64,000 bases of DNA from NCBI GenBank assembly GCA_035693545.1, contig DASSGJ010000055.1, positions 45,160-109,159 of the forward strand. The letters run 5' to 3'. This DNA is from Candidatus Acidiferrum sp. GTDB lineage: Bacteria > Acidobacteriota > Terriglobia > Acidiferrales > UBA7541. The translations under genes were made by a program, and so were the position numbers. Every line of letters starts with the position of its first letter. Within the stretch, counting starts at the first letter, position 1. Of this stretch, positions 30,648 through 41,801 are shown one piece after another. The notes under the pieces are model-generated. The model was not told where the DNA came from. It was given only the letters and a program-made list of their open reading frames with translations, and searched no databases.

Positions 30648-31070
30648 ATGTTCAGACCCCCGAGGCTTCTTCAGATCAAGCATGATGAGCTGACCCCAGA
30701 AGCGAGGAAGGGTCTCGCTGAGGAGCTGATCAGGTCACTCGGTGAAGAACCCTATCTGCACGATGTTTCGGAGGAATACAGACTGGTGTTCGACCTAGAA
30801 GGACGATGCCTAGAAGCATCGGACGCCGTTTGTAGACTCTTAGGCTATCGCAATTCCGAAATACTGGAGAGAACTCTACGTGACTTAACGGCGCCCTCCA
30901 CGACAAACATACCAAAACACATTGGCGCGGTTTTTCAATGCGATTACATGCAGGGGATATGGCTGTTGGTGCACCGCCATCGAACACGAATTCTGGTGCG
31001 GTACGAGTCGCAGTTGTTGCCCGAATTGTTGATCGAGATGCGAATGGACCCGATTGGTGCGGGTCACTGA
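30648..31070 (+). CDS. Small stand-alone PAS-domain protein
   Basis: LVFDLEGRCLEASDAVCRLLGYRNSEILERTLRDLT is a PAS-type signature. Confidence 0.6.
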   Translation: MFRPPRLLQIKHDELTPEARKGLAEELIRSLGEEPYLHDVSEEYRLVFDLEGRCLEASDAVCRLLGYRNSEILERTLRDLTAPSTTNIPKHIGAVFQCDYMQGIWLLVHRHRTRILVRYESQLLPELLIEMRMDPIGAGH

Positions 31071-31083
31071 ATTCGTGTCCCAC

Positions 31084-31607
31084 ATGAGCGCCACGGCGAA
31101 CTACGTCCTCACCACAAGGGGACGATTGAAAAGGTGTACTCCGAGAATACAGGTTCGGTCGCCAATCTGGACAGCAAGATTGACCGGTACGTTCGACTTT
31201 TGCGGCTGCCTGATTTGTGAGGTGAATGTGGTTTCGCTCATGAACAAGGACAGCTTGGAGATGACGGATGAGGATCGTGTCTTAATATTGGGAATAGTGC
31301 GCGCCATCTTAAAGAGAACGCACCGGTTGTCATTACGCATGGCACGGATACCATGGTTCAGACGGGACTGTACCTATAGCGGGCGCTTCCGGACGTGGAT
31401 GTGCCAATTGTTTTCACCGGCGCGATGACCCCTCTCGGGTTTGAAGGCAGCGACGGACTCCAGAATTTGACCGAAAGTCTGATTGCCGTGCAACTGGTCC
31501 GCGCCGGTATTTACTTTGTAATGCACAATCGTGTGCATCCGATTCATCGCGTCCGCAAGGATCAAGCGCTGGGACGATTTGTCTGGACGGACGAACACGT
31601 AAGTTAG
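31084..31607 (+). pseudogene. Asparaginase-domain pseudogene with several frameshifts and a stop
   Basis: Across frames: LTT/GTIEKVYS, MNKDSLEMTDEDR, VVITHGTDTM, in-frame TAG, VPIVFTGAMTP and SDGLQNL. Confidence 0.75.
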
Positions 31608-31809
31608 GTTGGCCCGCATGGTCATGCGGGGAAATGTTCCGCAGGTATGAGCACTGTTTCACCTCGCATCATGAGTTGTTACCAGCGCTTGAGAAATATA
31701 TTGTCTGCGATTCCTGGGTCTCTGTATGTAAGTCTTGTGCTAGCGTTTCCCTAAAGTCGCCGAAGTGCCCAGCACATGCCGTACCCGTCGAGGGTAAGGA
31801 ACGGAAGAA

Positions 31810-32508
31810 ATGGACGATTCGCGCCACATTCTGGCGAGCCAGTCCGATGCGGAATTGGTACGTCTGCTTGTCGCGGGCGACCCAGAAGCCATGGGCGAAA
31901 TCTTCGACCGTTATTACCGGCTCGTGATGTCGGTCGCGCTTCGCATTCTTCGTAATCCCGACGAAGCGGAAGATCTGGTTCAGGTCGTATTTACCGATTT
32001 TTACGTCGGCGCAAAACTCTTCGACGAGTCGAAAGGCAGCTTACGAACCTGGCTCCTGCAATATGCATATGGGAGGAGTTTCAACCGCAAGAGGAGTCTG
32101 AGATCGCGATGTCATTCCGAGCACGTCGATCTCGAAGATGCCGAGCGTGAAGAGGGCAAGGAGAACGCCCGACCGGCCTCCCGGCTGAATCCCCAAGATG
32201 CGGCGCGCCTTGTGGAGCAGATTCTTCCGCGCCTGAACGCAACACAGCGTTCGGTGATACAACTGGCTTTTTTTGAAGGCTTGAAGCTCTCGGAAATTGC
32301 CGCGCGTACGGGAGAATCCCTCGGGAATGTTCATCATGCCTACTACCGCGGAATGGCGAAGCTGCGAACATTCTTGAACGGCACGGGAAAGGATCCAGTC
32401 AACGGATCAAGTGGACGAGAAGGCCGGACTTCGTGGCTGCGGGATAACCACAAAGCTCCCGAGCGGCTCGGCGGGGAGGTACAAATTGCCAAGACACGAA
32501 CACTTTGA
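31810..32508 (+). CDS. ECF RNA polymerase sigma factor; module 4
   Basis: SDAELV..EAEDLVQVVF..GLKLSEIA..GNVHHAYYRGMAKLR. Confidence 0.9.
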   Translation: MDDSRHILASQSDAELVRLLVAGDPEAMGEIFDRYYRLVMSVALRILRNPDEAEDLVQVVFTDFYVGAKLFDESKGSLRTWLLQYAYGRSFNRKRSLRSRCHSEHVDLEDAEREEGKENARPASRLNPQDAARLVEQILPRLNATQRSVIQLAFFEGLKLSEIAARTGESLGNVHHAYYRGMAKLRTFLNGTGKDPVNGSSGREGRTSWLRDNHKAPERLGGEVQIAKTRTL

Positions 32509-33733
32509 AGAATTGGCGGCGCTTGCCGCCCGGGGCGAACTCAACGCCTCTGAAGTGCAGGAGCTCAGCCTGCATCTGGCCGATTGCGGAGAGTGCAGAG
32601 CGGTCCACGAAGAATTCGTGGAACTCCACGCTCCGCTCGGTGATTCGATCGATGCTGAACTAGAGGCGGTGATCGAATCGAGACGAGAAAAATTGAAGGC
32701 TGCCGTGCTGCGCGCAACAGCGGCGACAATTGCGCCGCCTGCGCTCCCTGTCGTTAGCGGGGACATCTTGCAGAAAGGCAGAGGCTTTTTGGGGCCATTT
32801 CGCTTGCGTTGGATCGGGTTACCCGCAGCTGCGGCCTGTGCCTTGGCCTTGGCTTTTGGATTAGGGATGCAGTACGAACGGCGTTCTTCGAGCGGTGTGA
32901 GGCCGGATCCAGTTACAAACGCGATTCCGGAGCTCACAACATCCGCTTTGAACACCGCGTCGCAAGAACCTCAGAAACAACTAACGGAAAACGAATACCA
33001 GAAGCTCGCTAACGATTTAAGGAGTCAAGAGCAGCGCAGCGCCAAACTAGATGCTGCGCTCACGGAAAAGAATCGGCGGTTGACGGAGTCGGAGAACGTC
33101 AGAACCGTACTGCAGCAGCGGCTGGATGCCCAATTGAATGAGACTCGGCGTACGGAGACCCTGCTGGTCGCCAAGACGGAAGAACTGAAGCAGAAGGAGG
33201 CCTCCAAGGAGAATGACTCCAATGCGCTCGTCGCGCTCCGATATCAAGTCGAAGACCTTACCGGCAAGCTGAAGGAACAAAGGGACAGCCTGGACCGGGA
33301 GAGACAGCTCCTGGCGAGTGGCCGCGAGATCCGCGACATCATTGGCGCGAAGAACCTGCACATCATCGACGTCTACGACACCAGCGCAGAGGGCAGGACG
33401 AGCAAATCGTTCGCGCGCGCCTTCTACACGGAAGGCAAATCGCTGATTTTCTACGCCTATGATCTCCCTGCTCGAAGAACCGAAGAGGGAAAGTTCGTTT
33501 ACGCAGCGTGGGGTGAGAAGAACGGAAATAAAAAGACGGTGCGAAATCTCGGCATCCTGGTCAATGACGACAAAGGCCAGAAGCGCTGGGTCTTGAACTT
33601 CTCCGATCCGAAGGTGCTGGCAGAAATCGACTCGGTCTTTGTCACGCTGGAACGAGTTGGGGCTGACGGCGAACAGCCAAACGGCCGGCGCATGCTCACG
33701 GCCTATCTCGATAGCCAAGTCAACCACCCCTAG
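32486..33733 (+). CDS. Anti-sigma factor (zf-HC2, TM, coiled coil, RskA-like); module 4
   Basis: TTG start 6 nt after GGAGG; HLADCGEC; TM; coiled coil; ends VNHP. Confidence 0.82.
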   Translation: MPRHEHFEELAALAARGELNASEVQELSLHLADCGECRAVHEEFVELHAPLGDSIDAELEAVIESRREKLKAAVLRATAATIAPPALPVVSGDILQKGRGFLGPFRLRWIGLPAAAACALALAFGLGMQYERRSSSGVRPDPVTNAIPELTTSALNTASQEPQKQLTENEYQKLANDLRSQEQRSAKLDAALTEKNRRLTESENVRTVLQQRLDAQLNETRRTETLLVAKTEELKQKEASKENDSNALVALRYQVEDLTGKLKEQRDSLDRERQLLASGREIRDIIGAKNLHIIDVYDTSAEGRTSKSFARAFYTEGKSLIFYAYDLPARRTEEGKFVYAAWGEKNGNKKTVRNLGILVNDDKGQKRWVLNFSDPKVLAEIDSVFVTLERVGADGEQPNGRRMLTAYLDSQVNHP

Positions 33734-33873
33734 CGTAGTTGTGTTTTCTCGCTGCGGCGGAGCAACGAACGCGTGTCTTTTTTTTCTTCCGACCTGCGCT
33801 GCACAAATATCTTCTGACTCGAGTGGTAAACCTATCGTTTCAATTCTGTAATGTTTACCAGGAGGATCACTCG

Positions 33874-36800
33874 ATGATCTTTGGGGTACGTCCGGCCGCG
33901 CTTCGTGGGTTTCTCGGAAGAATTTCCCCGTACACCGCAGCCCTCATGCTGTGTTTGCTCGTATTTCCTGGCGTGTTGCCAGCGCAGACGGAAACGGCGT
34001 CCGTCTCGGGGACCATTGTTGACCGGTCGGGTGGCCTCGTCCCCGGCGTACAAGTGATCGTCATTAATACGGATACGAATGAAAAGTACGAGAGTAAGAC
34101 CAACAGCGCCGGAGTCTACAACGTGCCGTCTGTCAAGCCGGGCCACTACCGAATCCTGGTGTCAAAGCAGGGATTTAAGGAGATCGACCTTCGCGATGTG
34201 ACCCTGAACGTTCAAGACAGCGTGAACCACAATTTCACGCTCGAGATCGGCGGGACATCCGAAGTTGTGATCGTAAGTGGCAACGATATTCACATCAACA
34301 CAACGGACGCTACAGTTAGCACGGTTGTGGACCGGCAATTCGCGGAAAACCTGCCCATGAATGGCCGAAGTTTCCAGACTCTTATTCAACTCACCCCCGG
34401 AGTAATAGTTACTCCCAGTAATATTTACGATTCAGGTCAATTTAGCGTGAATGGTCAGCGGGCAACTTCCAATTATTGGACGGTAGACGGTGTTAGCGCA
34501 AACACTGGCGTGAGCTCCGGAAGTGTAGTAGGCAACGGGTTTGGGGGAACACTTGGATCGTTCAGCACGCTCGGCGGGACGAACAGTCTCGTCTCAGTTG
34601 ATGCGCTGCAGGAATTCCGCATTCAAACTTCGACATATGCACCCGAATTCGGGCGCACACCAGGGGCTCAGATTTCAATCGCGACACGGTCAGGAACAAA
34701 TCAGTGGCACGGCACAGGGTTCGACTATCTCCGCAATGACGTCCTAGATGCAAATGATTGGTTCGCCAATTACGCTAGTCTGCCCAAGCCAGAGGAACGG
34801 CAAAATGATTTCGGTGGCACGCTCAGCGGGCCGATTTTCAAAGATCGCACGTTTTTCTTTTTTTCCTATGAAGGACTTCGACTGCGACTGCCTCAAACTA
34901 CATTGACTACTGTTCCGGATCTCGTGGCTCGACAGGGGGCAAGCTCTGCGGTCCAGCCATACCTGAATGCATACCCCATTCCCAACGGGCCAGACGATCC
35001 TGCAACCGGTATTGCGCAGTTTAACGCCAGTTATCGCAACGCCGCGAGCCTTGATGCCTATAGCTTGCGAATTGACCATAAGCTGAGCGATAAGCTAAGC
35101 GTTTTTGGGCGTTATAACTACTCTCCTTCAGATCTTATTGTGCGTGGTGGATCGGGTGTTGCCCTAAGTACGGTCACTTCCTCGGCTATCACCATACAGA
35201 CGGCAACGGTAGGCACTTCCTGGGCGATTTCACCTTCGATCGTGAATGACTTCCGTTTCAATTACAGTCGGACGTCAGGTACAAGTCAGAGCAATCTTGA
35301 TAACTTCGGAGGGGCGGTACCATTAACTTCGTTACCGCTCCCAAGTCCGATCACGGCCGATAGTGGAAACTTTTTCCTTTTTGTTCTGTCACTGACCAGT
35401 GGTAATGCGCTATCCGCGGGGAATGCCGCCCACAACCTTCAGCGCCAGATCAATCTAGTCGACAGCCTTTCTTTCCAAAGGGGGTCGCACAGTCTCAAGT
35501 TTGGGATTGACCTCCGTCGGCTGACTCCGCAATTCAATCCTCCGGTGTACGGACAATCTGCGATATTCAATGATGTGCCGTCGTTTGCGGAAGGATCCGC
35601 TTTGCTCGGTCTGGCGCGGTCGTTTCCTCATGTAACCGAACTCTTTCGCAATCTCGGCATGTTTGCGCAAGATACGTGGCGCATAACCCCTCGTCTAACG
35701 CTGACTTACGGTCTGCGATGGGATGTGGACTTTGCACCATCTTCATTGAAGGGCCCAAGCATTCCTGCGGTGACGGGCTACGATTTGAATGATTTCTCTC
35801 ACCTGGCTGTGGCACCTGCCGGAACTTCGCCTTTTAGAACCAGATACGACAACGTCGCGCCTCGAATCGGACTTGCTTACCAACTCGGATCCAGCCAAAA
35901 CTGGCAAACCGTACTGCGAGGGGGGGCGGGTATTTTTTTTGACCTTGCGAGTTCGGAGGCAGGCTTAGCGATCAGTTTCGCTCGTGCACCCTTTGCGGCA
36001 AGCAACTTTTTCTTCTCGGCCAGCTTTCCGTTCGATTCCGCACAAATCGCGGTCCCGCCGCTTTCGCCAACCACAAGGATTTCAGACCTGTACGCATTCA
36101 ATCCTAACTTAAGGTTGCCTTACACATCTGAGTGGAACCTTGCCCTTGAGCAATCTTTGGGCGGGAATCAGACGGTATCAGTCACTTATCTGGGGGCTGT
36201 TGGAAGGCGCCTTCTGCAGACGTCTGTGATTGTTGCACCACCAACGAATCCAAATGTAAATGGAGATTTCGTAGACAACACCGCTACTTCGGATTACGAA
36301 GCGCTCCAGGTTCAATTCCAACGGCGTTTGTCGCATGGTCTGCAAGCGCTCGCCTCGTACACTTGGTCACATTCGATCGATACAGCTTCTGCGGGCTCAC
36401 CATTCGGCAGTCCAGCGAATTCAGGGGGGATGGGGAATGGCAATCGAGGTCCCTCGGACTTTGATATTCGCCACGCGTTTTCGGCTGGATTGACGTATGA
36501 CATTCCGGCCCCCAAAGTCAACGCATGGACGAGCGCCATCTTGCGTGGCTGGTCCATAGAAAATATCCTGCAAGCGCATTCTGCGCCGCCGGTTGACATT
36601 TCCGACGTGAATTTCACTCAACTTAATACAGGCTTTCAAGCGGATATCCGACCGGACATTGTGCCGGGACAGCCGCTTTACGTCTTCGGCGCGAAATGTG
36701 CGTCAGTGCTGCAGGCCTCCGGTGCGGTTGCCGTTGGACAAGGATGCCCTGGTGGCAAGGGATTTAATCCGGCCGCGTTCGCTAACCCGCCGACGGACCC

Positions 36801-37137
36801 CACCACAGGAAATCCTCTTCGACCAGGGGACTTACCAAGGAATGCGTTGAGGGGGTTCGGTGCTTTTCAGTGGGATCTTGCAGTACATCGCGACTTTCCA
36901 ATTTACGAATCCCTCAAATTGCAGTTCCGAGCAGAGATGTTCAACATCTTGAATCATCCTAACTTTGGTCCGCCTTTGGGAACATTTGGGGCTGGCGGCT
37001 TTGGAGTGTCCAGCCAGACGTTAGGGCAGAGTCTGAACTCGGGGTTTGGGGGCAACCTAGGTGGCGGAGCGTTCAGTCCCCTGTATCAAATAGGTGGTCC
37101 GCGCTCGGTTCAGCTCGCGCTCAAGTTGCAATTCTAG
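33874..37137 (+). CDS. TonB-dependent receptor; module 4
   Basis: ATG after GGAGG; plug and barrel motifs; ends LALKLQF. Confidence 0.92.
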   Translation: MIFGVRPAALRGFLGRISPYTAALMLCLLVFPGVLPAQTETASVSGTIVDRSGGLVPGVQVIVINTDTNEKYESKTNSAGVYNVPSVKPGHYRILVSKQGFKEIDLRDVTLNVQDSVNHNFTLEIGGTSEVVIVSGNDIHINTTDATVSTVVDRQFAENLPMNGRSFQTLIQLTPGVIVTPSNIYDSGQFSVNGQRATSNYWTVDGVSANTGVSSGSVVGNGFGGTLGSFSTLGGTNSLVSVDALQEFRIQTSTYAPEFGRTPGAQISIATRSGTNQWHGTGFDYLRNDVLDANDWFANYASLPKPEERQNDFGGTLSGPIFKDRTFFFFSYEGLRLRLPQTTLTTVPDLVARQGASSAVQPYLNAYPIPNGPDDPATGIAQFNASYRNAASLDAYSLRIDHKLSDKLSVFGRYNYSPSDLIVRGGSGVALSTVTSSAITIQTATVGTSWAISPSIVNDFRFNYSRTSGTSQSNLDNFGGAVPLTSLPLPSPITADSGNFFLFVLSLTSGNALSAGNAAHNLQRQINLVDSLSFQRGSHSLKFGIDLRRLTPQFNPPVYGQSAIFNDVPSFAEGSALLGLARSFPHVTELFRNLGMFAQDTWRITPRLTLTYGLRWDVDFAPSSLKGPSIPAVTGYDLNDFSHLAVAPAGTSPFRTRYDNVAPRIGLAYQLGSSQNWQTVLRGGAGIFFDLASSEAGLAISFARAPFAASNFFFSASFPFDSAQIAVPPLSPTTRISDLYAFNPNLRLPYTSEWNLALEQSLGGNQTVSVTYLGAVGRRLLQTSVIVAPPTNPNVNGDFVDNTATSDYEALQVQFQRRLSHGLQALASYTWSHSIDTASAGSPFGSPANSGGMGNGNRGPSDFDIRHAFSAGLTYDIPAPKVNAWTSAILRGWSIENILQAHSAPPVDISDVNFTQLNTGFQADIRPDIVPGQPLYVFGAKCASVLQASGAVAVGQGCPGGKGFNPAAFANPPTDPTTGNPLRPGDLPRNALRGFGAFQWDLAVHRDFPIYESLKLQFRAEMFNILNHPNFGPPLGTFGAGGFGVSSQTLGQSLNSGFGGNLGGGAFSPLYQIGGPRSVQLALKLQF

Positions 37138-37260
37138 GCCATTTAATTTAGTTGTTCTCCTTTTTGATATGCGAACAGTACGTTCAGGAGAGGAGCATCC
37201 ACGAGGTACTGCCGGTTGAAGCAAGGCTGAAGGCCTGGCTAAAACTGTGGCATCGCAAGC

Positions 37261-39681
37261 ATGCCCAAAGGAATAACTGATCGCATGAGAAATATAACGG
37301 GCTATTCCCGAGTTTCAGCAACTACTCTTCTTCTGTTATTCGTGACACTGTCAGCAACGGATTTCAATTGCTATGCTGCAAAAAAGCGCTTCACGGTGGT
37401 GGACGATATCGAGTTGGCTCACTTTGGCGATCCGTACGGGGATGTAGCCAACGTCCCAATAACAATCTCCCCCAATAAGCAGTATTTCGTGGCTCACACG
37501 GAGCGTGGTCAGCTGCGGCAGAACCGGCCACAGTCTAGTCTCTACGTATTCCGTATGGCCACAATTCATCACTTTGTTGAGACAAACGAACATAAAACAC
37601 GCCACCTATATCTTTGGAAGATCGACAGGGCGAGCTACAGAAATGGCCCTATTATCTCGGATATTCGCTGGTTGAGTGATTCCAACAGCTTAGCATTTTT
37701 GGCTAAGACTGCGTCCGGGACGGAGCAGTTGTTTCTTGCCGACATCAAGGCAAAGGCAGTCGTACCGTTGACAGACGAGAATTACGATGTCACAGGGTAC
37801 GACGTCCGCGACCGAAATCATTACGTTTTTACAGTTAAGAATTCAGACATCCGAGCACGAGCTGCCTCAGAAAGTCACAAAGACAGTATTGTAGGGACGG
37901 GGCGCAGTTTACTGAGTCTCATGTTCTCTGCGAATCTGCCTTTCGCCTCAAAGCTATATGATCTCAGCGATCTGTGGGCAGTGGTTAATGAGAAAAGGTT
38001 TCGGGTTGAAGATCGATTGTCGGGGCATCCCCTTCACATTTATTCGCTCGGGCAGCATACGCTCACGCTCTCCCCAGACGGACTTTCGGTGATTACCGCT
38101 GTGCCGGTTAGGTTAGTTCCTCCAGAGTGGGAAATGCTGTATTTACCATCGCGGCCTGCTTCCGCATACCGGATAAGAGCTGGCCTTCAGGATCTCCAGT
38201 CTTTAGAAGGTCAGGGCTATGTCAGCGAATACGCAATTGTCCAGCTTTCTACGGGCGCGGTGCAGCCCCTAATGAACGCACCAATCGGCAGAGCAGCGGG
38301 CTGGTGGAGCGCAGAAATGTCAGCGGGTTGGTCCGCCGATAACAAGTTGGTCGTCCTTTCTAACACGTTCCTGTCCGATACCGAAGGCGTTCACCGAGAA
38401 ACTAGCCACCGCCCCTGTGTTGCCGTAGTTGATCTGCAGGAGCGGCATGTGACTTGTATCGAGGTCCTCAAGGGATCAGCAAGCACCACGAACGGCTGGG
38501 AGGACGATTACCATCACATTGATGCGGTCCATTTTGTGAAGGGCGATAGCCGCCAGATCGAGATTCTCTATCACACAATAGACGGCACTAAGGGCTTCAC
38601 CCGCTACGAACATACGGCATTCGGAGAATGGATAACGGCCACGACGACAGGAAATGGAATGTCTGACTCCGATGGCCCCGTAGACATCTCGATTAAAGAG
38701 ACCTTCAGGGATCCTCCTGTTTTGGTAGCAACTGATCGAAGAACGAAAGTTTCCCGCACGATCCTAGATCCTAATCCTCAGCTCAAGGACATTGATCTTG
38801 GGAACGCCGACATCTACAAGTGGAAAGATAAGAGAGGTCGTGATTGGGTAGGCGGCCTCTATGAGCCGTCAGATTTCACGCAGGGCTACCCATATCCATT
38901 GGTAATCCAGACCCACGGCTTCAACGAGAATGCATTTCGCCCCGATGGGATTTATCCATCCGGAAATGCCGCACGGGAGCTGGCTGCTGTCGGTATTCTT
39001 GTCCTACAGGTTCCTGATTGTCCGTATTCAATCGACATCGACGAGGCGCAATGCAATGTCGAGGGGTATGCCGCGGCTGTTCAGCAATTAGTCAAGGACG
39101 GCCTGGCAGATCCTGATCGAATCGGGATCAGCGGTTTCAGCCGAAGCTGCTATTACGTTCTCAGTGCGTTAGCGATGAGCAGCCTGAAGCTGAGGGCTGC
39201 GTCTATTACAGATGGCTTCAATGTCGGTTATTTGCAATATGTCACGAGTGTTGACCTTGCAGAAAACCGGATAGCACACGAAGCGGATGCACTCATCGGC
39301 GCGCCACCAATTGGCCGCGGCTTAGATCTGTGGTTTGCCCGTTCACCCGTGTTCAATATGGAAAATGTGACGGCCCCGCTCCTGATGTTTGCAATAGGTG
39401 CTCCCAAACTGCTTGTTATGTGGGAGCCGTATTCAATTCTTCGCTACCTAAATAAGCCGGTGGATTTAATCGTGATTTCCGAAGGTACTCATGTGCTGAG
39501 TAACCCATCGCAGCGGTTGATCTCACAGGGCGGGAGCATAGATTGGTTCCGCTTCTGGCTGAAGAGTGAAGAAGATCCAGACCCAGTAAAAGCAGAGCAA
39601 TACGCCCGCTGGCGCGGGCTGAGGAAGCTACAAGAAGAAAATGAGCGCAAAACCGCCCCTGCCAAGGAAAGCGCAAATTGA
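37261..39681 (+). CDS. Secreted S9 serine peptidase (lasso isopeptidase-like); module 4
   Basis: Signal peptide; YPLVIQTHG, GFSRSC, EGTHVL and DWFRFWL. Confidence 0.85.
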   Translation: MPKGITDRMRNITGYSRVSATTLLLLFVTLSATDFNCYAAKKRFTVVDDIELAHFGDPYGDVANVPITISPNKQYFVAHTERGQLRQNRPQSSLYVFRMATIHHFVETNEHKTRHLYLWKIDRASYRNGPIISDIRWLSDSNSLAFLAKTASGTEQLFLADIKAKAVVPLTDENYDVTGYDVRDRNHYVFTVKNSDIRARAASESHKDSIVGTGRSLLSLMFSANLPFASKLYDLSDLWAVVNEKRFRVEDRLSGHPLHIYSLGQHTLTLSPDGLSVITAVPVRLVPPEWEMLYLPSRPASAYRIRAGLQDLQSLEGQGYVSEYAIVQLSTGAVQPLMNAPIGRAAGWWSAEMSAGWSADNKLVVLSNTFLSDTEGVHRETSHRPCVAVVDLQERHVTCIEVLKGSASTTNGWEDDYHHIDAVHFVKGDSRQIEILYHTIDGTKGFTRYEHTAFGEWITATTTGNGMSDSDGPVDISIKETFRDPPVLVATDRRTKVSRTILDPNPQLKDIDLGNADIYKWKDKRGRDWVGGLYEPSDFTQGYPYPLVIQTHGFNENAFRPDGIYPSGNAARELAAVGILVLQVPDCPYSIDIDEAQCNVEGYAAAVQQLVKDGLADPDRIGISGFSRSCYYVLSALAMSSLKLRAASITDGFNVGYLQYVTSVDLAENRIAHEADALIGAPPIGRGLDLWFARSPVFNMENVTAPLLMFAIGAPKLLVMWEPYSILRYLNKPVDLIVISEGTHVLSNPSQRLISQGGSIDWFRFWLKSEEDPDPVKAEQYARWRGLRKLQEENERKTAPAKESAN

Positions 39682-39797
39682 AAATTCTTTGTCGTTTGCT
39701 CATCAATGAGAAACTCTCATCAGCCCATGAAGGCGGAAAGACGTCTTCGTCGGTGACATTCTCCTCGCTGCGGCAAACGATGCAAGGCTTAGGCGGG

Positions 39798-41420
39798 TTA
39801 ATTGGGAAAGCGTCCTCGGGATGGATCGGCGGTTTTGTCCTTCGTTTCATCGAGTTTCTTTAGCAGAGTTTGCCGCTCCACCGCATAGATTTGCGCCCAT
39901 TCATAAAGTCGCGCGTTATGGATCGCGACCGCTGCTGGAATCGCCAGCAATTTTGCGAGGCGAAAATGCTGGGCTGTGAATGCGTGTGGCTGCCTGCTTC
40001 CAACCGACAACAACCCGAGGACGGAGTCCGACACGACGAGCGGAACGGCGATCCAGGAGCGAATACCGGAAAACGCTTTATGATCGCGCCAGTCGTCGGC
40101 TTCACGCGTGTCGGGGACAGAGATCGGTTTTCTTAGAATAACAACGCGCTCGAGGATGGGGTTGTCGCCCGGCTCGAGCGTAACTACAGGTCGGCTTACC
40201 GCTGCGGCTGGCGCCTCGCGGGCGACGAACAGCCGGTCACCCTCCTCCGTCAGTATGACACTGGCCATGTCGTAGGCGACGATCGAGTAAAGAGTCTCCA
40301 AGAGCGTGTCGAGCACCGCATCCATGCGCAAGTTCTGCGTGAGGGCAAGAGTGGCCTTGCGAAGGGCTTCGGCCTCCGCACCAGCGGACTCGGCTTCGGC
40401 GCGGGCCGCCTCGGCCACTACCAGGTGTTCGGCGACCTGCGCATCGGCGAGTTTCTTTGCCGTAATGTCGAGCGCCGTCCCATAGAGCTGACGGATCACT
40501 CCGCCTGGGGCATGCACGGGAGTGGCTTTGACCCACACCCAGCGAGCCTCGCCATCCGGGCGGACGATGCGAAACTCTTCATCAAAATGCCCGGAGTGAA
40601 CGGCGGTTTCAAGTTTCGCAAGCACGCGCGCGCGGTCACCCGGATGAATCAAATCTTCATAGGACAAAGGATTCGTCTCGATACTTTCCAGCGAGCGCCC
40701 AGTAACGGTCTCGTAGGCGCGATTGACAGCTACGATTTTCTTGGTCGATGCGTCGAGAAGCCAGAACACTTCATCGATGCTGTCGGCCATCTGCTGATAG
40801 AGGTTTTGCGTCTCACGTGCCGAGTGCTGCGCTTCGACGCGTTCGGTGATGTCGCAGAGAATCATGGCATGCCGGCCAGGAAGATAATGAGCTGTTAGGG
40901 TGAAATTAACGACAACCTTAGGACCATTGTGGCGAACGAGCTCCCTGCGTCCGCGCTGAAAGCGTTGCTCAAGAAACGCACGCCACTGTTCTTCAAACTG
41001 CTGCGGGTTCTTCAAGAACTGGCCGAAGGAATGGCCGACGAGCACGGAAGGGGGCGCGCCTAAAATGGCGACCGCAGCGGGATTGGCATCGAGGCACACG
41101 CCGGTGTCATCGAGAATCAAGATGCCGTCGAGTACATGCTGGTAGATCGAGCTGAATTCGCGCTCCGTATCGTAGACGTTCTTGCGCACGAGAAACCAAG
41201 CGCGGGCGTGCAGAAACCCGGCGCACCCCTGCGCGAGGAAGACGGCGGCGAACGCCGCCACTACGAGATTCTCGGCGTAAACGCGGGTTCCGAGCGATAG
41301 AAGAAGCAGAGCGGCGGCGAAAAGAAGCAGGACCCGGGAGGCGATCTGAAACCACAGAGGGGTGCGAACTTCGGGGTCGGAACCTCCGCGTGGTGAGGCG
41401 CGCATACGGTTAGGAATCAT
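39798..41420 (-). CDS. Membrane-anchored PAS-PAS-GAF sensor protein with no evident output domain
   Basis: Two TM segments; PAS (DGILILDDTG..DANPAA); PAS/PAC (IHPGDR..EFRIVRPDGEARWV..DIT); GAF (SWIAVPL..VAIHNARLY); then stop. Confidence 0.8.
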   Translation of the reverse strand: MIPNRMRASPRGGSDPEVRTPLWFQIASRVLLLFAAALLLLSLGTRVYAENLVVAAFAAVFLAQGCAGFLHARAWFLVRKNVYDTEREFSSIYQHVLDGILILDDTGVCLDANPAAVAILGAPPSVLVGHSFGQFLKNPQQFEEQWRAFLEQRFQRGRRELVRHNGPKVVVNFTLTAHYLPGRHAMILCDITERVEAQHSARETQNLYQQMADSIDEVFWLLDASTKKIVAVNRAYETVTGRSLESIETNPLSYEDLIHPGDRARVLAKLETAVHSGHFDEEFRIVRPDGEARWVWVKATPVHAPGGVIRQLYGTALDITAKKLADAQVAEHLVVAEAARAEAESAGAEAEALRKATLALTQNLRMDAVLDTLLETLYSIVAYDMASVILTEEGDRLFVAREAPAAAVSRPVVTLEPGDNPILERVVILRKPISVPDTREADDWRDHKAFSGIRSWIAVPLVVSDSVLGLLSVGSRQPHAFTAQHFRLAKLLAIPAAVAIHNARLYEWAQIYAVERQTLLKKLDETKDKTADPSRGRFPN

Positions 41421-41801
41421 ATCCTGGCAGGCAGTAAACAGTTGATATCGTCCACCGTCCGATAGCGATGCTACGCGCGATGAAGAACAAGAGTCAATAG
41501 TGACGTTCTGGATCGCGCACGCCCTGTTTCGACGGAACGTTCCGCGTTGTACCTGCAAATTTGGCCTATCTGTAGTGTTTTTCTTTCATCGAAAACCACT
41601 CTCGCAGGACACGGAACAGTTGTATTTTGTAGCAGGGTTCTCCGTTGTGTCCTCCCTGCGCACTCCGGTGGATTCAGAAGCACCAGATCGCCTTCTTTGG
41701 TTCGGGCCGTCACGCGAAACCAGTGGAAATCAAACACACCTTGTATGGAAGAGAACTGTAAGTGGTACGTGCAACATTGGTGCAGATCGAGTTGAGTGCG
41801 C

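Noticed and set aside
39684-39800. Minus-strand CIVC...TDEDVFPPSW resembling the start of an HNH-like protein
   Set aside because: Too short, with no clear start; it runs antisense into the peptidase gene and cannot be supported.
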